Positions 11,041 to 23,136 are shown, counted from the stretch's first letter. The stretch is DNA of 64,000 nt from Schizochytrium sp. TIO01 (GCA_004764695.1 SMSO01000006.1:449859-513858), one strand, 5' to 3'. The notes: generated by a model from the letters alone, not told the origin. A program made the numbers and translations.

Positions 11041-11703
11041 AGAAAATATGACAAAAAATCTACAATAGATGTAATTTAGCGCACTACTTTGGGGTCGTTT
11101 CGTGGTGTATCATACCGCAATAAAACAAACATTGGCAACCTATTGGTCATAATTCTCTGATTCCGGACAAGTCTTTACGTGTTCTCGAACGATGGATAAA
11201 AGCTTGTTGGTCATCAAAGTGAAGGAATGTCTGGATGTCCAAAAATACACTTGATTACAGCGTCGATCTGCATAAATTGGAAGTTACAATAAACAGCGTT
11301 GTTTAAAAAAATCGAAATAAAGGGAAAACAACCGAGCACACAATTTAAAGTATATACTATGAATGTTGATTGATTCATATGTAAATTGAGAATCTTTCTC
11401 AACCTCAGCTACCGGCGGGCATAATTCTTGCCTTGTCTAATAATAGAAGTTTCCATCATAGAGTAAATCATTTCAGTGTCTCTCAGGGATGTGCACTCAA
11501 ATCAAATGTATTCATATCTGAATCACCAAAGCATGGTTAGAAGTTTTAAAAGACTGACAAGTAATTTATTCTTTCTCTATGACAGTAAAATTGGAATTCT
11601 CGACTTGTATACGAAAGCCAGAGGAACGAGTAATTTCATATATTTTCAAGAGACGATAGCATTTTAGGATGTCAAATATAATAAGGAAAATAACAATTAA
11701 GTT

Positions 11704-14235
11704 TTACAAGAGATGCGCTACAGACATATTTGTGTCAACGGAGCCGCTGTTGCTGCGGCGGCCCTGCTGCTGTTGCTGTTGTTGTTGCTGCTGAAGGGAC
11801 ATGTTTCCAGGGTTGCTGCGAAAGGACTCCGCCGCGAGTCGAATAGCTTGTTGCAAACCGGCAGAGGACGATGTGCCATAAGAAGGTGCTGTCTCTTGTT
11901 GTGCCTGCTGTTGCAAGTGTTGTAAATTAGACAGACCGAGCAAGTGGTTACCTCCACCAATAGGCATACCACGCATGTTACCAGGACTATTCTGCAAGCT
12001 AGAGCTGTTAACACCGTTTCCTGCACTTCCGCTACTACTACTACTGCTGCTGCTGCTACGGCCCATCGCGTTGCCCATAGCATTGTTGGCTGAAGAGGAG
12101 AGTAAACTCGCCAACGCAGCCTGGGAAAGCCCGCCATGGTTTCCAGCATGCTGGTTACTCATAAGCCCTGCAGATTGTTGCTGTTGTTGAATGAGGCTGG
12201 CAAACTGAGCAAGATTAGGTAGCTGTTGCTGCTGAAGCCCCGGGTAGCCACCTAGACCTCCTTGCATATTTCTTGCGTTCATGTTGCCAAGGTTTTGCAT
12301 TTCTGATAGCATCGCTTGCTGTTGCTGTTGTTGTGTTGGTTCAACGCTCCAGATGCTGCTGCTGCAGCTAAGGCTTGAGGAGGGAGAAGTTTTAGTAAGT
12401 CTAATGCAGACATATTTGCCAAGGTAAAGTTAGCAGCGTTGTTTGCACTTCCTACATTTTGGAGCGATGGAGGAGAGTTGGCAGACATGCTGTTCAGATT
12501 CATGTTTTGTTGTTGTTGCTGTTGCTGTAGCCAGTTCAAATGTGGCATCATGCCAAGTAGTGCAGCAGAGGGTTGGTTGGGGTGTTGTTGCGGCATGCCA
12601 GGAATACTGTGCAACGGATTGCCCTGGCCCTGCATACCAGGGAGACCAGGCAGCCTCGAGAGCTCCGAAAGAAACTGCGATTCCATTGCATTGGCACCTT
12701 GACGAAGACGCTTGATTTCGCCACCCTTATGTGACTCTTCATTGCTTCCTGTACTGTGACCGTCCTCGCTCGAGGGTCCAGAGCCATCACGACCCATGAT
12801 GCCCGACGAGAGTCGCTTGCGGGATCCCTTCATTCCTGCCGCGTTTGAGAGTGCGTCTAGGTCACCCTCCTGCAGCTGCCGAGGCAGCAGCAGCCTTGGG
12901 ACGGCAAAGGCTAAGGACATAAAGCGTGAGATCTTCATGGCGCTTGTCCACAAGAACCTGCTCGGGCATGCCAGGGTTGGGAGGCTTACGGGCGCCACCC
13001 TCGGCAAGAAGCTGGAAGCGGTTGCGCACGGCGTTGCGGGTTCTGTTGCCAAGTTTCTCGGCAATGTATTCCCAGTTGGGGCCAACAAAACGATGCAAGT
13101 GAATAAGTTGCTCGTCCTCTTGTGGCGTCCAAAGACGTCGTGCCGCGCGAAGAATAGATTTGAAGCGGATCTTTACATTATCACCAGTACGACCTGGGAT
13201 TTGGCGCGCAATGAGAGACCAATGGTTGCCATATCGGCGCTGCGTTTGTAATAGGCGAACATCTTCGTCGAGGGTCCAGGCCTCACGCTTAATTGTCGGG
13301 CATAGGTTATAGCACCAACGCTCACGACACTGCTTGGCGCTGCGTCCAGGAATGTGTGCCGCAATATCTGACCAAGAGCCCTCGAGAATACTTTGGCCAT
13401 TCTCCGCCACCTTGACGTTGAAATCTTTGAGAGTCTCCCGCAAGAGCGCATCTTCGTCGGCACTCCATGTGAGTTTGCGCCGGCCCTTTTCCTTCTTCTT
13501 TCTGCCTTGTGGCTTGCCGCCTGGCGTTTCCTCGTCCTCGTCAAGCTTGCCAGCTCCGGCCGGATTGCCTTCTTCGTCATCTTCGTCCTCGTCCTCGTCA
13601 TCTTCGTCCTCCTCATACTCTTCGTCATCATCATCGTCATCGTTAGGATGTGAAGACTTATTGCTTTTGTTAGTACCATTGGGTTGCTGGCGGTTTTGGA
13701 GTTTGGCAGCTGCTGTGGCATTGGAAGCAACGCCCGAATTTGCCTCCATTTTCATATCGTTAGAAGCCTCATGCTTGATTCTCTCGTCCTTGGTCTTCTC
13801 TTTCTCATTCTCGTTTTCGCTGCTGCTTCTACTGCTGCTGCTACTGTTACTACTACTTATACTACTTGTGCGGGTTTGTGCGTTGGTGGGGAGTTTGCGT
13901 TTCTTCTGGCCCGAGCTCATTGGTTGATTTTTGGTTTCTTGCTTAAAGTTGTTTGCGCTGCCAAAGTTAGGTCCAACTGGAGGAGCTGGTGGTGCCCCTG
14001 ATGGTGCGAGTGGGCCTGCCCTTGGGGAAGAAGCTTTCTTTGCAGCCGCGAGTGCTGCTGCGGCTGCTGTGGCTCCTACGCTAGTATTTGGCGCACTGCC
14101 AGTGTGTTGCGCTCCAGGTTCTCCCTTCATTCCTGGCATTGCATTGTGCTGGCCAGTTACCCCACTTTTAGCACGTGCCGCGGCGTCGCTGAGCGCTTTC
14201 ATAAAGGCCGCGTTATGCTGGTAGTTGGGGTCCAT
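11704..14235 (-). CDS. Three-repeat MYB transcription factor with acidic tract and Q/N/S-rich C-terminus (~843 aa if two 1-nt indels near 12866 and 12335 are corrected)
   Basis: Three Trp-spaced MYB repeats at ~13480-13005 (WSADED...WSDIA...GRSAKQCRERW; WTLDED...WSLIA...GRTGDNVKIRF; WTPQED...WEYIA...RTRNAVRNRF), a poly-D/E tract and a basic RKKKEKGRRK stretch. The first in-frame ATG is at 14235 (MDPNYQ). ORFs 12862..14466, 12279..13088 and 11704..12312 tile one low-complexity protein. Confidence 0.88.
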
Positions 14236-14535
14236 GAGGAAGTGGAGGTAAGAAGAAGGCGTCGTTTTTCCTGGCCCTTGCCGGCCGGCTTCCTGTTTAT
14301 TATCGCTGCCCTTTTCCTTCTCCGTGGCGTCCGCGAACAGTATTCCCCTGCTGTTCGCTTGTGCGCGCGCCACGCCGCGAAAACTGGGTCCCTTTGTCGC
14401 GGGAATCCTGTGCCTGCCAAAACTGACCGGTTCGACTCTTGCCTGAACGGGGACCACTCTGGTCACAAGTACACACCTGTCACTTGAATCCCGTTCCGGG
14501 AATATCTCGGGCTCACGGCCGCTCCTTCCTTTCTC

Positions 14536-15005
14536 CTATATAAGAAAGACGGAAAGAGGGGGATGAAAGAAAGCAAAAGCTCTCGTAGAGAATCAAAGCT
14601 ACTGCGCTTTCGGTGGGCTGATCGGCGAGTACGCGCGTGCGCTGCAGGGGCTGTCTGTGGCAGGCTCTGCTGTCTTGGTGACGAATGAACGAGTGCGCCG
14701 CTGGAGATGGGCCCTAGGGAGTAGGGTAATTTGGTACGGAAAGAAGTGAGTGAAACGAGGTGGGTGCGTTCTCCTCAATCAGTGATTGGTTCACTTTTCA
14801 CTTCAGAGAAGAAGAAGAAGCACGCAACGATGCGACACAAGAGGTTCTTCGAAGCTAGCACCAGCGGAGCAGACGGAACAGACACGGAGGATCAACAACC
14901 AACCTCTTCGCTGCTGGCTGCTCTGTGCCAATGTGTCTTTCTGTCTTTAGTTCACCACCCTTCTCTAGCGTAGTGGGACTCTCTGCTGCCGCACTCCTTT
15001 CTCAC
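14536..15005 (-). other. Probable 5'UTR intron of the MYB gene
   Basis: Strong minus-strand acceptor (long pyrimidine tract ending CTTTCTTATATAG|G at 14536). The nearest good donor is AAG|GTGAGA at 15005, but the donor assignment is uncertain. Confidence 0.45.
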
Positions 15006-18000
15006 CTTCGATTCCTTGTTCCTCCGTTGAGGTACTGATGAGCGTGCGAAAGTAACAATGAAAGGACGAGTGAAGGAATGAATGGGTAATGAATGCACCG
15101 CAACGATTGCTTGGGGCCCTGCTTTATCCTCGTCCTGTCGAGTCGATGGGCTGAGGCGGTCCTGAGGAGAGGTCGGGGACAAGCAGCTGGTCGACTATAT
15201 GTTTGTTCTTATCTGTCTATCTGTGTATCTCTGAGTTTCTTAGTTTCTTTTCTTAGTTTCTTTTCTTTTTCTGTCTGTCTGTCTGTCGCTCGCTTGTTAG
15301 TCAGTCAGCCCTAAAGAGTGAAGAAAGAACGGTCGCCAAAATAGAAAACGACAAGAGAACGAAAGGAAAAACAAAAAAAAGAAAGAAATGAAAAAAGAAG
15401 GAGTATCAGGCCGACACCGCCCCCTTTTTCTGCTTCTCTCTCTGTCTTCTTCGCGACTAAGATGCAGCGTCGGTTGCGGACTCGCTGCGATGCGTCCCCT
15501 TGCGCTGCCTTTGTACCTAGCTAAGCGTTTTAGCTTTAGGCTTAAGGGGGGAAAGTACAGACAGAAGAAAGAAAGAAAATCAGTCGGTCAGTCAAACAAT
15601 CGATTCGTCTTTGTCGATTGCTTGAGCGGGCTGGGGCTGCGAAAGGCGAAGAAGCAACCGCGGCGGTGTCTTGTTTGATCCCGGCTACACGGCTGGCTGC
15701 CTGTCTGTCTTCCTCTCTTTTGTTCGGTCGGGCCCCTGTCTCTGTGGGCTCTTCACTTCGCAGAAGTTTGTTCGATTGGAGGTACGTCTACTGATGTCTC
15801 AAATGGTTGATTTGATTGATTCGAGTGCTAGTAGTTTGCTCCACTCTGCAGCTTCTGCTTGTGTCGGATGGTATGTATGTATGCTGCGTGTTCTTCCCCG
15901 CTCTTCTGCACTCCTCTGTGCTCCACGGTTGGTCTTGCGTATATGCCCTTAGCCAGAAGGTCTGGTCTCGAGTAAAGTCTTGAGGCGTGCTGTACAGCGA
16001 TCGATCCCTTGAAAGAACTAGAGAACAAATGAACGAAAGAACGAATTGTAAATAAGAAACAATCAATCAATCAATCAAACAAACGCGTAAAAAGAAATCT
16101 TTGCGTAAGGTTCTCACTTCTGCGTCGTCCTGCGTCAAGAGATGCAATAGGGCCAATATAATATAACCTGTCTACTGTCTATTTGTCAAGCATGGAGTCA
16201 TGAGTTTCGTTCGTGTGTCAGTCATTTGTTTAATTAAAATCAGTATTCATGAGCATCTAAATATACGCCCCCCCCCCCCGTCCCCTCTGCAACCTCAGCC
16301 TCCCCCTTTCGCCAGACACCCGCCCGTGCTTCAACTGCCGCCTGGCTCAGTCCTCCAACTGCTCTACGGTCTTGCGCCGCCGCCACGCGAGTCTATCCAG
16401 GAAATCAATCAATCAATCAATCAATCAATAAGTGCGTGAGCGCGCTTTTGCCGTCTCCACGACGATTTAGCTAGCATCCACCCCTCGTTTCTTAAGAAAT
16501 AAAAGTTCTTTTTGTTTATTTCCAACGAAACTTGCGCCATTACCAAAACCCGCGTCATCAGCACGCTTAAAAGAATGAACAAATCAGCAGCAACGCGAAT
16601 AAACAACAACAACAAGCCCATCCATCCATCCATCAACCAGAGCAAGAGGGCAGCAAAACCGGCACCCTCAATTCTGCCAAACGGTGTCAGTTTGTTTGTT
16701 TGTTTGTTTGTCTGTCCCTTCACGAGGTCCGCTGACTGCCAGCAAGCAGCGGGTCCGCGTGAGTGAGCGGTTCAAGCTCGCTGTAGCGACGGGTTCACAT
16801 TCACATAGCCTTTTCACAGCTAACGAACCGGCCATGTTCGTTCTGGTTTCTGCTACTTTCATGCTCTCTCGCGGACAGCGATGCTCATCTCAAGCGAGGA
16901 GCTAGCTAGGCTTCCGGGATCGACGTCCTCATCGTTCGCGACCTCGAATGCTCGTTCTGCAGGAATGTAGGTGGATAGATATATAAATATATAAATAGAT
17001 TGGGCACGCCGACGACGACCGCCACCTTCTTCGTTCATGAACCGAGGGCGCGGCGTAGCGAGAAACAAGCAAGTTTTAACCCATCCGCCAAAGCACTAAC
17101 TTAGCTTCGCTCGACCTGGAGACAGGCGGAGCGGAGCCTCTGTTGAGTAACGGCATCTGCGTCGCCGGAACGGCGAGAACCAAGCAGCAGATTCCCCCGG
17201 GCCATAGTAGAACGAGCGCGGACAGGCAGACATGCAGACAGACGTACAGCCAATTGGCCGCTGCCATGCGATACGCATGCGAGAACTCGAGGGCCCCAGC
17301 AACGCGCTTTAGCGCTACGCGTGCTTCAAGGCACTCAAACATCTGCATCGTCCAAGGCCACCACCAAGGTGGCGATGACCTTGCTTGCGCCAACTTCCTC
17401 ATCGCATTCGAGCTTCCGGCTGGTGTACTCCATGCCGGACCCGGGCGAATCTGATTCGTCCAGCTACTGAGCACAGCATTTGGAAAGAAACCAAGCTTAG
17501 CCGCCCACACACCATCTCTCGCCAGCTCTCGGGTCTTCGCAGCTAGCTTACTTGCTTACGCGCTCTCCGCCACCGCCTGCCCAAGAACCTCTTGTCTTTG
17601 TCTTTGTCTTCGTCTTCGTTCGAGGCGGCGGATTCCTTTCTGTGGTGAGAACACCACAGAAGTAAGTGGTCACCTCTTTGCCGTCGAATGAGCTATATAG
17701 AATGCGCGGGCGCAAAGTTGCGAGCGAAGGCAAAGCTGCCTGCATTCATCATCGCTCGCTCGCACGCGCACACGGTTCGAGTTCGGTTTCCTGTGCTCTC
17801 TGGAGCAAGCTAGCTAGCTAGCTAGCTTGCTTTTTGGCAGCAGCTTGCGAGGAGACTTTTCTGTAGCGAAAGCGGATGTTGCAAATGAATTGAGGACCAA
17901 CAGAGAAGGGAACATAAGAGCATTCAGAGGTGGGGTGATGTAATGTAATGTGCTGCGATGCGATGTGGTGCTTCTGTGGTGGGTGGCATTGTCTGTGTGT

Positions 18001-19439
18001 CTGATACGCGAGGCATGGCCTTGCATAGCTTTGATTGCATTGATTGCAAGCTGGCTGCTGAGACTAGAGAACGGGCACTTGGCAGAGGACCGCTCGTTTG
18101 TTCTTGACACTGCTTTCGCAACTTTCCGACGCCTGGGCGAGCGGGCAAACTGCGAGATGGGTAGATACAAGGCACGCGGGCGGAGCATTGCGGTTGGAGG
18201 TAGCGCGCGTTTATTTATTTGTTTGCTGATCTTGGTTTATTCCTGAGCGGAATTCAAGAGACGCAGCAAACAAATTAAACATGCTCAGCCAGCGTACATG
18301 ATACTCGAACGGAGTGGTGCTCAGAGTGCAAGGCAGAACTCCGATTCAACGCAGAGCTTGGTCTCTCTTCTCTCTTTCTCCTCATGTAGTCAATTGAAGT
18401 TCCTGGCGACCTTGAAAATCGGGGTTTCAGGCCGCTACGACAAAACCTGTTTGCTGACAAAAATAAGTCCCTTCCTCCACATCTCTCTCTCTCTCCCCCC
18501 CTGTCCAGCGCCTCCCATACTTGTCTTTGCCGAATTTGGTGCCGTTTATGATCAGATCTCCTGACGTGCGGAGTTTTTCCCGCCTCTCGACACTCTGGCT
18601 CATGTTGTATTAGAATTAAAACTCACCTTGAATGAATGAATGAATGAACGAATGAATGAATGAGCGAACGAAATCAATATCGTCTGCGTCCGCGCGAACG
18701 ATCGATATTTACACAGGTAGCTAGCTCTCAGTGCAGTGCACCTGACTTTAGTCCCAAGTCAAGCTGGCGCTGGAAATGTACAGAGGTCTGTATGAAGCGA
18801 ACGGCGAAGATGGGTCAAATGAAGTGACGAATGAATCGATTGCCCGATCACTCGCTTACTCTGAGTCGATATACATGCACAAGAGACCGACGAAGTTGTT
18901 CGTCCTCCTCGCAGCAGAGCGCCCGGCCCACGCGAGTCTTCTCCTGCGCTTGATTTTTGCTTTCCCAAGTAGGCCAGCCAACTAATTTGCAATCAGTTTG
19001 CCTGCAATCTCCTCCTGCTTATCCCCTATTAATTAACTAATTGACACGACCAGGATTACAATGAACCAAAGCAATACCTCGCTCCAGAGCTAGACTTGGA
19101 CCGAGGAGCAAACAGGGCGAGGCTGCTGAGGCCTCTGTGTCTCCTCCTTCTCCGGGTGGCTTGCGCCACGCTTGCAAGACTCGCTCTTGCGCAGTAGTCT
19201 TCGCCTCTCCAGAGCTGGCTGCTGCTTGCTGCCTTCTTCTCTGCTGCCTGGTTCTTCAAGGCCGAGCTGCCTTTGCTGCTTCCACGGTTTTTGCCACAAG
19301 GTTTTGGAGCAGCTGCCTGCTGCTGCTGCTGTCTGTCTGTCTGTACGGCCGCCTCGTCGCTGCCCGGGTCGGCGGAGCCTTCCGCTCGCTTGGGCTTTGC
19401 TTTCTCTGGTTTGCCTGAGCTCTCGCTTGCTCGAGCTTC

Positions 19440-19486
19440 GTTTGTTTGTTTGTTTGTTTGTTTGATTGTTTGATTGTTTGTTTGTT
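19440..19486. repeat. (GTTT/GATT)n microsatellite
   Basis: Read directly. Confidence 0.95.
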
Positions 19487-21136
19487 GCCTGTTCCCTGTT
19501 CGACAACAGGATGATCGAAGTTTGCTGATTGATTCTGTTTTTGCTCGGCTTGATTTCTGTTCTTGTTACCTCGAGTCTCGTTGGCTCAAAAGAGTTTTTC
19601 TTTGTTTCCCTGCTTGGCTCTCTTGTTTCATTTCACAGCTTCTTTTTTGCTTGCTTTCTTCTATGTTGTTTCTCTTCAAAGGAAATATTGATCATAATAA
19701 CAATAATAATTATTATAATTATTAAATTTTACTTTAATTTAAGAAGAGGTTGTTCATGGCTCGACGCTTTGTTTTTGGAAATCAGCAAAACAGAGAAGAA
19801 AAGAAGCAGCAGGGAAAAAGAAAGAAACCTGACTTTTAAATAATATAAATGTAAGAAACGACTGAACTATTTATTTTAACATTTTCAAAGTAAAAGCATT
19901 TATAATTTTCTTTAATAGCAGGTTGAAGGAAAGACACGGGTCTATGAACAGGAAAAAAAAAAGAAGTTAGCGAACAAAATATTCTTTTTAAAAATACAAA
20001 CTAATTAATTTTCAAATAAAAGTGGGGAGGGGGTCAACAATTGAGATTTGGGCTTTTGTAAGCATAATATCTGATTCGAGGCAGTCCTTGATAACAATTT
20101 TATGATTGAAATGTGGTTGTGTAAAATTTATCGCGTTGTTTCTGGCGGTATCTAAAAGGAACCGTGAGACTTCTTCTTCAATTTTTGTCCTTTTATATTT
20201 AGTTTTGAGCATAGTTTGGTGAGAAAAACGATAAACAGGACAGCATTTGATAGTGAATTTTTAAAAGTCTTCTCGTAATGATAATGCAATCCTCATTCCC
20301 GAAGCAGTTGTAAGCTCGTCATCGTAAGTCCGTGCGATGAGTTGGAAATGTTTGTTTCTCCATTAGTTTCTTTCTGCTGGTCTGCTTATGAGAATAGCTC
20401 CTCTAAAGCCAGCAGGGAAGTGGCATTCTAGCTGGAGCAAAGGACGCGGCCAGTTACAACAAGCTGGGGCCATTATCGCAGTAATGGATCTTTAACGAAA
20501 CTGAGGGGAAGGTGAGATAAATGGAATAAATAAAACGTGCATCGAAAACTAGAATAAGAAAGAAAGAAAAACAGATGACCTAATTAGTTAATTCATTTTG
20601 AAAGTTTGTGTCCCAAAAAAGTTTACACTTATCGAGCAAAAAAGGCTTTTTTTTAAAAATTTGTTTTCAAAGAGTTCTGTTCAAATATTGTTATGTTTTA
20701 AATTAAAAAGGAAAAAGCAGAATCGAACGTCAATAACTTAAAAAAGAAAAAGATAAAAGTTTAATCCAAGTTAAAACAAGTTTTAAAGGTCGATGATTTC
20801 TCTCAACTATTTTCTTTTTAATGTAAAATATAATTTTCGCAAGATGGCGCATCTTTTCCATTTAAGTTAATAAAATTATATTTCGCATGGCGGAGGGCGG
20901 TCTCGAGTCAGTGCCTTTTTATTTCATCGATCTGTCTTGTTCTTATTCATCCTTCGTCCTCTTTCTTCTTTACAGAATGCGTCTGCTTTATCGAGAAAGT
21001 AAAAAAACAAAAAAACCATGTTCTAATGATGAGGCGTTCGTTGACCGAAAAGCTGATATTATTCCTGAATTGGAGAAAGTAGACTAAGCGACTGCAAAGT
21101 CAATTACACGTGCCCAGAACAAACAAAATAAGCTTC

Positions 21137-21137
<1 letters not shown>

Positions 21138-21167
<30 letters not shown>

Positions 21168-21172
21168 CTTCT
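21138..21172. repeat. (CTT)11 microsatellite
   Basis: Read directly. Confidence 0.95.
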
Positions 21173-21865
21173 CCTGCTAGCGCCTCTTCACACCTGCCGT
21201 AATGCAGAGAAGCGGACTCCGCCAACGTTCAACTGCCTGCGCGCATGATCCTATGCGACGCTCAAAGGAGAGTTTTTGTGGTGAAATGTATACGTAGATG
21301 TCCTTCTTCGACTTTAAGACCATGTAGATCTGAAAAACCTTTCCTTGTCCATTCAGCCCGCACGCAAATAATGGCATAAACACCGGCAAGTAAGGCATTT
21401 AACAGTATCTGAAATTGATGATAATAGTTATTTCGTCCCCTTCTTCTTTTCTATCTCTGGGTGTCCGTCAAAAGGGGTCATTATAACTTTCTTTGGCGAA
21501 CTCGCCAAATCTCGCTCGCTCATTAGCAGCGAAGTATATGTATCTGCTCATGCTCTTGGTTCTTCTCTTCTTTTCTTGCCGGGTAGAACTCAACAGCACT
21601 GACGTTGTGACGGGCAGACAGTACGTACATGCATATTCCTATGTTCGTTCCAAGTGAGCCGAAAAAGTGATTTGGCGAATGTCGCAAAGCGTTAAGATGA
21701 ATTGTAATTGCACTGTATAGATTAGTGCCTAGTAGCATAAGTGTAAGCATGTGGTATTACGCACTGGCAGCTAACTGTAGCTATACTATCCCTTCTTTGT
21801 CATAAACTTACATAGACTTGGTTATGTTTTCTTGGGAGCGAAGGAGTCTGAAGAAGCTGGTTGCA

Positions 21866-22056
<191 letters not shown>

Positions 22057-23136
22057 TGCAATAGAAAACGATTGATTGCTACTGTTGATATTGCCGACAG
22101 TGTGTGATTTATGGATGGGTCATTCTCTCGATCCCCCTTTCGCCAACCTTGAACCTGCTCAATATAGCAGAATAAGAATATAATCCAGCAAGTGACAGTA
22201 GAAGCCACCTATTATGATGCTTGAGAGACATAAATATGACGCACTTTTGATCTGTTCAAGCAACCCAACGGAGCATTTCTTTATTACCAATTGAAAAGAA
22301 CCCACTAGTCCCAGTCTGCTGGTAATGCCATCCTCCCAGCAAAGCTTTTTTATAATTTAACTTTAAAAAAGAAGTATACATATATATATATAATTGAAAG
22401 AGAAAAGAAAGTGAATTATTTCAAAGTTGGTCTGCCGTGCGCGAGCCCGTTTCAAAACTGGCAGTTTCGAGCCTCTCTTCGTCTCATCGAAATCACTTCT
22501 GATTTTTCTCGAGCTACAGAAGTGCAGCAATTGGCAGCCCGCCGTTCCTAGGTACCTACTATGCAGTGTCTTGATCATTTTCTTTAGTACCAGCTCTGGT
22601 CTTATGACTTACTTTCAGCACACTCACTCAATACTGCCCTTAAGGAAAGAGAGTGGAGTGCTGCTTTCGTTCCAACATTTCTTTCATGTAGTCTCCAAAG
22701 TCCTTTCGAGAGCTTCCTTTTAATGATAAAAAGCTATACAAAACAAACAAAATGATCCATTTATTTTCCCGCAGCGGACAGACATTACACCATATTTTCT
22801 GTTGCCCGATGTAGTGTGAGCTCCAACAGAAAGACGAAAGAGAGAAAAAACGCTGACTTTACAAAAATAATGAAAAGTAAAGAAAAGAAAAACTTTCAAA
22901 ATTTGGTACAAAAAGTCATTTCGGAAAAAGGTCTGGCGCAAGAAACATCAAAGAAAGACTCGGCTGGTCGCGTGGAGTGCCACACAGGTTGCAGCGAGCT
23001 TCGAGAGGTTCATGGCAGGTGTGCGCCGCTATGGATCGAATATGCGGCTCTAGAGATCACGATCCACGGCATCTCTTGCTGGCGTGTGGTATGAGCTAAC
23101 TTTGACTTGCTTGAATCGTCTGATTGATTCGCTGGG

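Noticed and set aside
12318-12865. An intron removing the out-of-frame middle part of the MYB gene
   Set aside because: The GG|GTGACC donor is phase 2 while the nearby CAG acceptors are phase 0, there is no pyrimidine tract, and the skipped segment is clearly coding.
14236-14466. 77-aa N-terminal extension of the MYB ORF
   Set aside because: Starts at GTG; the first ATG is at 14235, so this is treated as 5'UTR unless an upstream coding exon is shown.
11713-14487. Many overlapping plus-strand and alternative-frame ORFs (poly-L, poly-C, poly-S)
   Set aside because: Shadows of the low-complexity MYB coding sequence.
20824-20890. Small palindromes AAGATG-GCG-CATCTT and AAATATAATTTT/AAAATTATATTT
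   Set aside because: Short and AT-rich; expected by chance in 64 kb.
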